From: Candidatus Heimdallarchaeota archaeon
GTDB lineage: Archaea > Asgardarchaeota > Heimdallarchaeia > Hodarchaeales > Hodarchaeaceae
DNA: 64,000 nucleotides
Assembly (NCBI GenBank): GCA_011364965.1
Contig: RDOB01000004.1
Coordinates: forward strand, 262,036-326,035
Direction of reading: 5' to 3'
Positions within the stretch are counted from its first letter, which is position 1; the number at the start of each line of letters is the position of its first letter. Both the position numbers and the translations under genes were made by a program. This document shows positions 30,081-38,891 of the stretch, piece after piece. A model generated the notes under the pieces. It saw nothing but the letters and a program-made list of their open reading frames with translations, did not search any database and was not told the origin of the DNA.

Positions 30081-31907
30081 TTATTTCAACAAATCATATT
30101 TAGAATGATATGCTTTATTTAGAACAATCAAGATATATTCACGCTCTGGTATTTTATTTACTGAAGCGAAATTATTGATTAATTCGGAACATGGTTTTAG
30201 CCTCTTTCGACCCGAAAGCATTTCTTTTCCAGAATTCAAGCTTTGATAAATATATTCACATAAGTTCTGTTTGCTTTTTATTCTTTTATTGTATATTCCA
30301 ATACGAGTAGCGTTAAAAATTTCCCCAAAGGATTGGAAATAAATACTAATATTCCCCCAATAATGAAAAATTACTGTATGGTGCTTAGAGGGTACGTTTC
30401 TTAACGGAGGGTACCTAATTCCAAGTGGTAAATATTCAACTCTAAAGGAAGTAAGACCTGTATTAGTACAAGGATCAAAACATCCTATGCTTTTCAAAAA
30501 GTCACTGAGCAATTCCTCGTATCTATATTTTATGTATTTTGTTTTCTTGAAAGGTATTACTTTAAATTGAATTTTTTCCCTTGCTAATTTAGATTTTTCT
30601 TCGTATATTACAATATCTGGAAAATCAATAGTGTTTCGATTATTTGTTACGACTCTCCCCCATTTATCATCTGCGATAACTTTTAATGGCATGTTTAATA
30701 GATTTAAATGGTTCTTTTTTTTAGTTAAATCATTCATTTCGGATCTAATTCGTTGATCTTGGAAAATTACCGCAATAGCTCTCGTAATACCCTCTTTATT
30801 ACTTTCAAGTGGAAATAAAATATTATTTGTCGTAATATTACCGATTTTTTTGTTTATTGAAATTTCTCTTATATCTTCAAAAGAAAAAAGAGTTGGAAGA
30901 GGAATTAGTTCAGAATGCTGAATTTTCTGAAATTCTCTATAGAATTTGATGAAATTTGATCCTGTAAATTTTATGTTCCTGTAAGAGGTTAATAATTTTC
31001 TAATTAGATCAACTTTTGTTGATTGATCATTTAGAAAGATCTGAAAATGAGAATTCAACAGGCTAGAATCATTATAATCAGATTCTATGAATTTCAAATT
31101 TTTACTACAATAATATTCATATAATTTTCTAAGGCGTGGATTTTTTCCTTTATTCCATTGGGTTTTCCATTCATATTTTTTGGTGTTATAGAATCTCCAA
31201 AAAAGATACTCAAATAAGTCATCAATTCTTTTCTCTTCAAACTTTAACTTATAAACCATTAAGATTTGGATATTTACTGGATGAGTAATATTAAGAGATT
31301 TCTTTATCCCTTGAACTAAACTTAACTTGATTGCTTTATCTTGATGATGTAATGAAACCTTATTCATTAATGTATCAAAGATTATCCTTCTATTCCCTCC
31401 AGGTTTAAAACTTGAGGGTGAAAGGCCCTTTTTGTTGAAAGAATAAGTTTTACAGTTATAGATATGAAATTTAGCTACTTTATAAGATCTAGGATCGAGC
31501 ATGTCAAATGTAATAAACAAATTCTCTCCTCTCAGTTTTCCTCTATAATTTAGCCAACTTTCAATGGTTTCTGTTGGAAATTTCTTGCTATTTTCGAAAA
31601 AAAATATTAAATCTTTAAAATCGCCAAAATATTTAAGATTAATCAATCTAGTTTGAGTATTATACCCTATTAAAAATGGATTATTAAATTTTCTATTCAA
31701 TTTATCAAGATAATCGAACATTATGCTTGAAGGTCCACCAGTAACATCAATAATCTGATTCCATAGGTTTGTGAAGGAGTATAATCTTTTAAATTTCATT
31801 GAAGTTTCATTAGAGTCAGTCAATAATTTATCTACTAACCGTGCTAAATCCATCAAACTTTTTCTAGGAATGATACCCACCTTTAAGATTAAAAATAATT
31901 TAATCAA
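30081..31907 (-). CDS. Orphan Lys/Asn-rich protein with a possible PD-(D/E)xK nuclease domain
   Basis: 608-aa ORF; FPDIVIYEEKSKLAREKIQFKV resembles a PD...QxK core. Confidence 0.6.
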   Translation of the reverse strand: MIKLFLILKVGIIPRKSLMDLARLVDKLLTDSNETSMKFKRLYSFTNLWNQIIDVTGGPSSIMFDYLDKLNRKFNNPFLIGYNTQTRLINLKYFGDFKDLIFFFENSKKFPTETIESWLNYRGKLRGENLFITFDMLDPRSYKVAKFHIYNCKTYSFNKKGLSPSSFKPGGNRRIIFDTLMNKVSLHHQDKAIKLSLVQGIKKSLNITHPVNIQILMVYKLKFEEKRIDDLFEYLFWRFYNTKKYEWKTQWNKGKNPRLRKLYEYYCSKNLKFIESDYNDSSLLNSHFQIFLNDQSTKVDLIRKLLTSYRNIKFTGSNFIKFYREFQKIQHSELIPLPTLFSFEDIREISINKKIGNITTNNILFPLESNKEGITRAIAVIFQDQRIRSEMNDLTKKKNHLNLLNMPLKVIADDKWGRVVTNNRNTIDFPDIVIYEEKSKLAREKIQFKVIPFKKTKYIKYRYEELLSDFLKSIGCFDPCTNTGLTSFRVEYLPLGIRYPPLRNVPSKHHTVIFHYWGNISIYFQSFGEIFNATRIGIYNKRIKSKQNLCEYIYQSLNSGKEMLSGRKRLKPCSELINNFASVNKIPEREYILIVLNKAYHSKYDLLK

Positions 31908-32197
31908 ATTAATCCTATTTAGTTCTTATTAAAAAGTTAAAGAAGGCACTATATTCTATTTATTCTTTATTCCAAATCAGAAAGTAAGAACCTACTCCCT
32001 AAGTTTCGATAAGTGTATATTCCTTATTATAAAGATGCTAAAATTTGGAGAATTAAATCCAAATAACTTAGAAAATTTGAAATAATTTCCAAGAATTAAG
32101 GTATTAAGGACGTTATCAAATTTCCTGTTAAAATCTAAGTTTATACAACAAAAAAGGAAAATAAAATTTAGATCTAACAAAAAATTTGGTTCACTTT

Positions 32198-32331
32198 GCC
32201 GAGGTAGCCAAGTGGTACGGCGCCAGACTCGAGATTCTGAAATTTAATCGGGATATCTGGTGTGCTATGCACCCGTGGGTTCAAAAATCAGTGAATTTGT
32301 TCTTCTCTGATTGAAATTCCCACCCTCGGCG
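32198..32331 (+). tRNA. tRNA-Ser(CGA) with two introns (37/38: 32234-32254; 59/60: 32286-32317)
   Basis: GCCGAGG/CCTCGGC-G; CCAGA-CT-CGA-G|A-TCTGG; long variable arm; BHB helices CTCG/CGGG and TTCA/TGAA. Confidence 0.93.
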
Positions 32332-32571
32332 TTTTTTGTTTAGAACGGTTTGATTTTTGGGAGTCGGGGGAATAGACCTAGAGTTACCAAGGGACAACAT
32401 AATTAAAGGTCTTATGGAATAGGCATAAATTTGCAGATTTTACGTTTAGGTTGCGTAAATGTATTTATTTTCCTAGCAAAAACCGTGTTAGACTAATACG
32501 GGAATCAAATGGGAAGTTCTTAACGGAATTAGAACGTCTATTTATATCTAAATAAAACTTAGGTGACTTGA

Positions 32572-33441
32572 GTGGATATTGAAAAAGTTGTTTCTGAAAT
32601 TCAAGCAAAATTTGGTGTTGTTGGGCGAGAAAATATCCTTCGAAAATTAATTCTTGGAAAAATGGCCAAAAAACATATTATTATCGAAGGACCAGTCGGA
32701 GTTGGAAAAACAACGCTTGCTCATGCTGTTGCTGCTTACTTTGATCAAGGTTTCATCAGGATTGATGGAGACGAACGATATACCGAGAGTAAATTAGTAG
32801 GTCATTTTGAACCTCCTCTTGTCGTGGAAAAAGGGTGGGTATGGGATGCGTTTGTTCCAGGACCTCTTACTCTTGCGATGAAGAATGGATCCATTCTTTT
32901 TATTAATGAAGCAAACCGATTGATAGAAGGAACTCAAAACGTGCTTCTACCATCAATGGATGAGGGAATATTAATTCTGCCGAAATTAGGAATAATAAGA
33001 GCAGGAGAAGGATTTTTAGTTGTTGCAACACAAAACCCTGAGTCATATATTGGCACAACTGTTCTTTCTGAAGCATTGAAAGATAGATTTGTCTGGATTA
33101 AATTGAATCACCAAAGATATGAAGAAGAATTAGACATTGTCATGCAGAAGGCAGATTTAGAACCAGAAGACCGAAATATCGCGGAAATAGCGGTTAAAAT
33201 CACACGAGCGACCCGAAAACATCCAGAAATCCGAAGAGGATCATCCATTAGAGGTGCCATTGATTTAGCTAAAATCTTAAGCTTAGTCAAAAGTTTAATA
33301 CTCGAAACGGTCTCAGAAATGGCAATTATGACTATTGCCACCAAGATTGAGCTAGAAGATGGCGTTGAAAGGCCTGTTGAAGAAATCATTCACGAGATCA
33401 CGGAAGCAATTTTGTCTGGAGACGAAGACCGTTTTTTATAG
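32572..33441 (+). CDS. MoxR-family AAA+ ATPase
   Basis: GPVGVGKT, Walker B variant LFINEANR, ATQNP, LSEALKDRF, SIRGAIDL. Confidence 0.92.
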   Translation: MDIEKVVSEIQAKFGVVGRENILRKLILGKMAKKHIIIEGPVGVGKTTLAHAVAAYFDQGFIRIDGDERYTESKLVGHFEPPLVVEKGWVWDAFVPGPLTLAMKNGSILFINEANRLIEGTQNVLLPSMDEGILILPKLGIIRAGEGFLVVATQNPESYIGTTVLSEALKDRFVWIKLNHQRYEEELDIVMQKADLEPEDRNIAEIAVKITRATRKHPEIRRGSSIRGAIDLAKILSLVKSLILETVSEMAIMTIATKIELEDGVERPVEEIIHEITEAILSGDEDRFL

Positions 33442-33466
33442 AGAGATCCCGAGGAAGCTCTCGGGA
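33432..33466 (+). other. Candidate -1 programmed ribosomal frameshift signal
   Basis: Slippery T_TTT_TTA (33432-33438) immediately before TAG; 8-nt spacer; stem TCCCGAG/CTCGGGA (33447-33466); -1 frame open into the vWA ORF. Confidence 0.75.
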
Positions 33467-33497
33467 ATATAAGAAGAATATTCGATTATTCGGTCGA

Positions 33498-34508
33498 ATG
33501 AATATGGAGGATCTAGCGGAAGCAGCGATTGCTGCTGGTGATACACTACCCAAACTCGACAAATTAGACTTAGCAAGTATCGAACGATTAACAGAATCAG
33601 CAATTGAGCATGAAAATCTCCCAGCATTGATGTCTCTAGCAAAAATCAATAAATATGCTGTATCGAACACATTAAACCCTGAAAGACTTGTGTCACTTGG
33701 ACGAATGGCTGGATCAGGAGGAGTGTACACCCCTCGGTTGTTTTTCGTTATGCGAGGAGTCTTGGATGTCAAAAGAAGAAAAATTTTGAAGAGGCTAACC
33801 AGAAGCTCAATACTTAAGCTCTCTTTAAGAGTTGCTTCTGAAGGGCTAAGAGGAGATTTACCTGTTAGAGGGGAATATGAGTATCAAACAGACTTTGATC
33901 TAGAAGAAACAATGGAACAGGTTTTAGAAAGGTATCCAGCTGGTATCCCTGTCCTTCAACGGAAGGATATAGTAGGAATTGAACGACGAGAACGACAAAA
34001 AAATGGTGTTCTGATTTTAGATGCAAGTGGTTCAATGATGGGAGAAAGGAACATTAATGCTGCACTTTCTGCCGCTGTTATGGCTTATTCGATGCGTCAG
34101 GATAAATTCGGAGTTATTGCGTTTAATACCAAAGCGTTTTTGATTAAAGGTATCAAAGATCATATACCTACAAACGAAATCATGGATAGAATCCTGGATC
34201 TTGAAGCAGTTGGATATACAAATATAGAAGACGCACTAAAAATGGGAGCTATTCAGTTAAAAGGAATCAAATCGCGTTTTAAATGGGCTATTTTGTTAAC
34301 TGATGGCGCCTATAATAAAGGGGAAGATCCCCGATATCTATGCAAGCAGTATGAGAAGCTACATGTCATTAATCTGCCAGGGGGTAAAAAATGGGGTGAA
34401 CGTGTATGTAAAGATCTTGCACGATTAGGGGGAGGTCGTTATGTGACTGTACGCAATTACAATGAAGTTCCACGAGCGCTTATGAAGATAATGCGGAGCC
34501 CTTGGTAA
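33498..34508 (+). CDS. von Willebrand factor A domain protein (MoxR partner)
   Basis: MIDAS DASGS...T...TDG; DFDLEETM motif; frame open upstream to the slippery site. Confidence 0.9.
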   Translation: MNMEDLAEAAIAAGDTLPKLDKLDLASIERLTESAIEHENLPALMSLAKINKYAVSNTLNPERLVSLGRMAGSGGVYTPRLFFVMRGVLDVKRRKILKRLTRSSILKLSLRVASEGLRGDLPVRGEYEYQTDFDLEETMEQVLERYPAGIPVLQRKDIVGIERRERQKNGVLILDASGSMMGERNINAALSAAVMAYSMRQDKFGVIAFNTKAFLIKGIKDHIPTNEIMDRILDLEAVGYTNIEDALKMGAIQLKGIKSRFKWAILLTDGAYNKGEDPRYLCKQYEKLHVINLPGGKKWGERVCKDLARLGGGRYVTVRNYNEVPRALMKIMRSPW

Positions 34509-34520
34509 TCTTCGCATATC

Positions 34521-35252
34521 TTATGTTTTCCTATTCTGAATCTCCCGAAGAATATCAGGAAAATTCGTTAAAATCCCATCAACTCCCAATTCAATCGCAT
34601 TCTCCATAGATTTTTGATCATCAGCATAGAAATAGAATATTTTTATTCCATGCTGATGTGCTTCTGCAATAAATGAATGGGATAAGGCTGATTTTCGGAT
34701 TTGACACCACTTTAAATTCAAATCTAAAAGGAGACTTAAATATTCCTCTGATTTCCGTTCTTTTTGAAGTAATGCATAATTTCCCCTAGGTTCTAGATCT
34801 TGTAAACGTTGAATGTTCTCAATATGTCGAGCTGTAATCACGCAGCGATCTAATAAATTTACTGAATGGATTTGCTGCAAAACCATTTCTTCAAACCAAG
34901 GTGCATTCTCATCGAAATATTTTAGTTCGATGTTTAACTGTAAATTAGAAGGTTTTAGTAATATTAGTACCTCCTCAAATGTGGGAATTTTCTCCCCGTG
35001 ATAGGAATAGTGAAACCAACTCCCAGCATCTAGAGATCTTAATTCTTCAAACAGTAAACTGGTTAGTTTACCCTTTTCATTGGTGATACGTTCAATGGTA
35101 TCTCGATCATGAAATACCATAATATATTTGTCTTTAGAAGGTTGAATATCAAATTCAATCATATCTGCATAATTCATACCATTTTTAATGCAGGCTAAGG
35201 TATTTTCGGGACCTAAACTGGCCCCGCCGCGGTGAGCGATATTCAAAACCAT
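34521..35252 (-). CDS. Glycerophosphodiester phosphodiesterase
   Basis: IAHRGGA..PENT, IEFDIQ, NIELK, GVDGILTNFP. Confidence 0.94.
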   Translation of the reverse strand: MVLNIAHRGGASLGPENTLACIKNGMNYADMIEFDIQPSKDKYIMVFHDRDTIERITNEKGKLTSLLFEELRSLDAGSWFHYSYHGEKIPTFEEVLILLKPSNLQLNIELKYFDENAPWFEEMVLQQIHSVNLLDRCVITARHIENIQRLQDLEPRGNYALLQKERKSEEYLSLLLDLNLKWCQIRKSALSHSFIAEAHQHGIKIFYFYADDQKSMENAIELGVDGILTNFPDILREIQNRKT

Positions 35253-35303
35253 GGTTTGAACACCCTGAAATTATTATTTTTTAAGTTTCAATAATTTTTG
35301 TAT

Positions 35304-35316
35304 TCATATGGTAAGA
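35304..35316 (-). repeat. 13-bp motif TCTTACCATATGA, copy 1
   Basis: TCATATGGTAAGA on +; exact match to four other copies. Confidence 0.9.
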
Positions 35317-35363
35317 TGGAAATCTCTATAATTTAATAAAATTTAATGTTATACTAGAGAATT

Positions 35364-35936
35364 ATGAATTCTGGACTTTTAAAAAATTTAGTTGTCATAA
35401 TTGTATTAGGGCTTTCACTAGTATTTACGGCATTAATAGGATTAAATTTTCTTCCTTCAGCGAATATTATACCAAATCAGATACCAAATGCTATAGATCT
35501 GGCATTTGATCAAAGATGGTTTTTTGATGCCAATCTAGATAAATCTAATTATTCATTGAATGAAAATATCGTCGTTACAGTGAATTTTACCTGTATAAAA
35601 ACTCATATCTTGAATAATTATACCATTAATTATCAAGAGGGAAACTTTTTACCTCAATTTAGTATTCAAAATAGTTTTCAAACACTGTTTTGGAGACCAG
35701 AAGTAATTTATTCACCATCCCATACTTACAATACTTATACCATGCAAGAAGGAGTGAATAAGGGAGGAACATGGTCCTTTTGGATCAATCCTGAATTAAT
35801 GCCACCGATTTGTAATAATAGTTGTATTCCTACTCTTTCTACAGGTGAATACATTTTTGGAATTGGAATACCGGAGAATATTCTCGTAGATACTGACCTA
35901 ATTTCTGTGATTGAGATTTGTTTTTCAATAAAATAA
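35364..35936 (+). CDS. Hypothetical N-terminally anchored exported protein (Ig-like beta domain)
   Basis: N-terminal TM/signal; LDKSNYSLNENIVVTVNF...LSTGEY pattern. Confidence 0.6.
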   Translation: MNSGLLKNLVVIIVLGLSLVFTALIGLNFLPSANIIPNQIPNAIDLAFDQRWFFDANLDKSNYSLNENIVVTVNFTCIKTHILNNYTINYQEGNFLPQFSIQNSFQTLFWRPEVIYSPSHTYNTYTMQEGVNKGGTWSFWINPELMPPICNNSCIPTLSTGEYIFGIGIPENILVDTDLISVIEICFSIK

Positions 35937-36182
35937 CAACTTATGCATAGAGTAGCATTTTTGGCCAATCTATAGTGAACTATACATAGAAAAAGTGCTG
36001 ATCTTTTATAGATTGACGTTTTGCTATTAATACAGTCTCCATGAACCAGTATTCAGGAAAAATCACTATTCTACTAAATTGATAATAATATTTGATTATA
36101 TTAACAGCAAATTTCTGACTTTTTTTTAATACTCTTTTTCAAAAAGAGGTTTTAAGAAATTAGAACAGGAAAACAACTTCAT

Positions 36183-36195
36183 TCTTACCATATGA
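36183..36195 (+). repeat. 13-bp motif TCTTACCATATGA, copy 2
   Basis: Exact match. Confidence 0.9.
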
Positions 36196-36278
36196 TTTAA
36201 ATTCCCCTAGGTATTACCTTCAAATCCCACCCGCACCTTTCCTTCCATTCGGTGATTTCTATATATATATATTTATTA

Positions 36279-36291
36279 TCTTACCATATGA
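36279..36291 (+). repeat. 13-bp motif TCTTACCATATGA, copy 3
   Basis: Exact match; flanked by (TA)n runs. Confidence 0.9.
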
Positions 36292-36475
36292 TATTATATA
36301 TATAGATAACATATTACAATTTCTTATATAGTCGCGTATTACACTGAAATTACACCGTTTACATGTTTTTTGGACTAGTGGTACTACCTGTGTCTTCTTA
36401 CTCCATTCCGGTTTTTTTTGTCGATTTTTTTTTTCATTTTAAGCATCTAAATTTCAGCCTCTTCTAGATCCTAGT

Positions 36476-36496
36476 GTTCCATAGGAAATCAACGGG
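36476..36496 (+). promoter_or_regulatory. ORB-like element
   Basis: GTTCCATAGGAAATCAACGGG resembles archaeal ORB TTCCAnTGGAAA...GGG. Confidence 0.55.
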
Positions 36497-36590
36497 TCTG
36501 GGTTTTAACATTAATTTCATATGTCATAGTGAACTTTCAACAAGTGTAAAATTACCGTAAAGAAATAAAAAAAAGCTTGATTAACTCAAA

Positions 36591-36899
36591 TTAAGATTCC
36601 TGGATGACTTGATAGAATACTTTCGGCCGGCCTTTTGCTTTTCCAGACTTAGAATATTTTGTAACAACGTTTTTCAACATTAATCGTGTTAATGAATCAT
36701 AAATCGTTGTTCGAGGTATCCCTGTTTTTTCACACAAATCCATCCGTGTAGCAGGTTGGAACTCTTTCAAAGCACTTAAAACCATCACATCTGTTTTATT
36801 ATCTAAAAGATTGCTTAAGGAAAATTCATTTTTACTAGTTAGAATATCTTTTTCTTCGTCTACCAACGAGTTTCGCAAATATTGAGTCATAATTACCAC
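36591..36899 (-). CDS. Small wHTH (TrmB-N-like) DNA-binding protein
   Basis: TRMDLCEKTGIPRTTIYDSLTRL...GRPKVFY; paralogue of 38381..38689. Confidence 0.85.
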   Translation of the reverse strand: MVIMTQYLRNSLVDEEKDILTSKNEFSLSNLLDNKTDVMVLSALKEFQPATRMDLCEKTGIPRTTIYDSLTRLMLKNVVTKYSKSGKAKGRPKVFYQVIQES

Positions 36900-37136
36900 A
36901 GAGCGATTTTTTCACATATAATAACATATCCCCTCCACCAATATTTAAGATTTTCAGTATTACTTCCATTTAACTAATTTCAGAAACCATTTATCCCACT
37001 GTTACGTTAATAAATTTCTCTGGAGATCATTTACTCGTAAAGGAGAATACTGCTTTCTTTTCTTTCACACTTATATGCCTTTATCTAACTAAAATTCAGA
37101 AAACATTTTGATTTTGCATATTTTTGTGAAAAAAAA

Positions 37137-37327
37137 TTTCACAGGAAATAGAGGTTAAACTCCGCTGTAATTGATATAATTCCCAAATAATTCTTTTTAA
37201 TGCTTTAGCTTTTAATTCATCAATAGTTCATATTATCAATACAGAATTGAGTCTATATAAAAGGGTAAATTTAATTATTAACATGTATTCACATATTCAG
37301 TCTTACCCCCTCTATTTCCATTGGAAA
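37137..37327. other. Probable replication origin core (inverted ORB pair around an AT-rich spacer)
   Basis: TTTCACAGGAAATAGAGG (+, 37137-37154) and TTTCCAATGGAAATAGAGGGGG (-, 37306-37327), G-rich ends pointing inward; cdc6 lies 7 kb away. Confidence 0.65.
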
Positions 37328-37510
37328 ATTCAATAAAAGATTAATTTCTTTTCAGAGTAATTTCACAATGCGAACATCCTTTTTTTGAATAGAATTTTAT
37401 AAAAGTGTATTATTTGCTTTAATTAAGGATTTAAATATGCTTGAGGTTTAAATAGACATAAATCAGCCTTTATTCTTGGATCATAACGGTAATTTTCAAT
37501 TCACAAATAA

Positions 37511-37555
37511 ATTCGTGAATATATTTTAACTTGCGAATATGATTTTACTTGCGAA
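37511..37555 (+). repeat. Short direct repeats with an 18-bp period (ACTTGCGAA)
   Basis: ACTTGCGAA at 37529 and 37547; degenerate ATTCGTGAA at 37511. Confidence 0.5.
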
Positions 37556-37718
37556 GTTTTTAAGGAGGAATATTGAATATATTAACCATAATGGTATTAT
37601 TCTGGTATTGATTAAACTTTATTAGAGTGAAAAGTATTAAGGTAATTGTGAAATACAAATCGGTTTAACATATTATTTCCTGTTAAATCCCTTTTAGATC
37701 GGACCTAAGGTTATTTAT

Positions 37719-38201
37719 ATGCGTGAAATAGAATCTAAAGTCACTGCAAGTAACGATAAAATCACTATCGCTTTTGACAAGAAAATAAGACTAGGTCCAT
37801 TACATACATTAGTAGAAGGCTATTTGCAGCTTGATAGGGATCAAAAAAGACAAGTTGAGGATTTAATTGATTCATTACTGATCGAAAACGAAATTCCTTC
37901 GTCCTTTTCTTCACCAGCTTTCTCTAATGAAATTCCCCAGTCATTGACTGATGTAAAGATTAAGAAAGATCGAATTCTCTTGATTGTTAAGAATCGTGCT
38001 AATCCTAATTATCTAACCGCAAGAGAAATTCAGGAATTATACGAACATTATCTGAAGGAACCCGTTGGTATTTCTACTATTCAAACAAACCTCAATCGTC
38101 TAGTGGATGCAGGGCTAGTAGAGCGCCAAGAAGGAGTTAATCCTATCGAATATCGTATTAATTCCGAAAATGCGAAAAATATCCCTAAAATTCTTCTCTA
38201 A
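37719..38201 (+). CDS. Protein with a C-terminal wHTH domain (BlaI/Fur-like)
   Basis: LTAREIQELY...ISTIQTNLNRLVDAGLVER...EYRI. Confidence 0.8.
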   Translation: MREIESKVTASNDKITIAFDKKIRLGPLHTLVEGYLQLDRDQKRQVEDLIDSLLIENEIPSSFSSPAFSNEIPQSLTDVKIKKDRILLIVKNRANPNYLTAREIQELYEHYLKEPVGISTIQTNLNRLVDAGLVERQEGVNPIEYRINSENAKNIPKILL

Positions 38202-38380
38202 TTCCATCTCTTTCATCCCAAGAACATTTTCATTAAAAATAAATCATTTCTAATAGTTTTCCAATAATTTAACGTCATTATAATGAGTCTTACCCGTTCT
38301 AGTTTGGTAGATTCATAATGTCCACATATTCCTGTTGTTTATATGAATTCGAAAGGGGATTTAGAGTAGAGACATAAAAG

Positions 38381-38689
38381 GTGGATTTCATGTCTGGTAA
38401 TCAGGTTTTGAATATAACCGAAGAACACGAAGATAATTCTTCGCCCCTAGAATCAACATATGATAAAAGACGACCAGCTATAGTCCATGAGTTGGATCGA
38501 AACGTCTTAGCAATATTAAAAAACGAAGGTCCATTGACCCGATCGAAGTTAGTTTCACTTACTGGTATTGCTCGCTCAACACTCTATGATAGTTTATTAC
38601 GCCTCATTTTAAAGGGATACGTCGCCCGTTATTCTGAAGAACGTCGTCAACGAGGTCGACCTAAGGTTTACTACAAAGCCTCTCAATAA
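38381..38689 (+). CDS. Small wHTH (TrmB-N-like) DNA-binding protein
   Basis: TRSKLVSLTGIARSTLYDSLLRL...GRPKVYY. Confidence 0.85.
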   Translation: MDFMSGNQVLNITEEHEDNSSPLESTYDKRRPAIVHELDRNVLAILKNEGPLTRSKLVSLTGIARSTLYDSLLRLILKGYVARYSEERRQRGRPKVYYKASQ

Positions 38690-38720
38690 GTTTTAATTTT
38701 CTATGGAAAAGTATCTTAGT

Positions 38721-38733
38721 TCATATGGTAAGA
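38721..38733 (-). repeat. 13-bp motif TCTTACCATATGA, copy 4
   Basis: TCATATGGTAAGA on +. Confidence 0.9.
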
Positions 38734-38891
38734 TGATTTCCTTGAATGTCTATAAATTCATCTAGTAATAGACTATTTATTCAGCTATCCCACAGGTCTT
38801 ATAACAACTTTTTTTAAGGTTAATCCTTTTTTTACTTGATTTTTCACCTGATTGGGGAGATGAGAACCTATTTAAGCCATCCAAGTGATAA

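Larger units (their letters stand above)
30059..32212. mobile_element. ~2.1-kb AT-rich islet inserted at the 5' end of tRNA-Ser(CGA)
   Basis: Bounded by a direct repeat of the tRNA 5' end; visibly more AT-rich than neighbours; contains one large orphan ORF; no integrase recognised. Confidence 0.65.

Noticed and set aside
30081-31907. ORF as an integrase, transposase or Cas effector
   Set aside because: No R..HxxR..Y, DDE, RuvC or paired HEPN motifs were recognised, and no array is nearby.
30074-32197. Insert as a giant ORF-containing tRNA intron or split tRNA
   Set aside because: The downstream tRNA-Ser is complete with its own 5' end, the ORF is antisense and no BHB was seen at the junctions; a duplication fits integration better.
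33439-33501. TAG readthrough (pyrrolysine-type) at the MoxR stop, given the hairpin
   Set aside because: The zero frame hits TGA after 19 codons (33499); only the -1 frame joins the vWA ORF.
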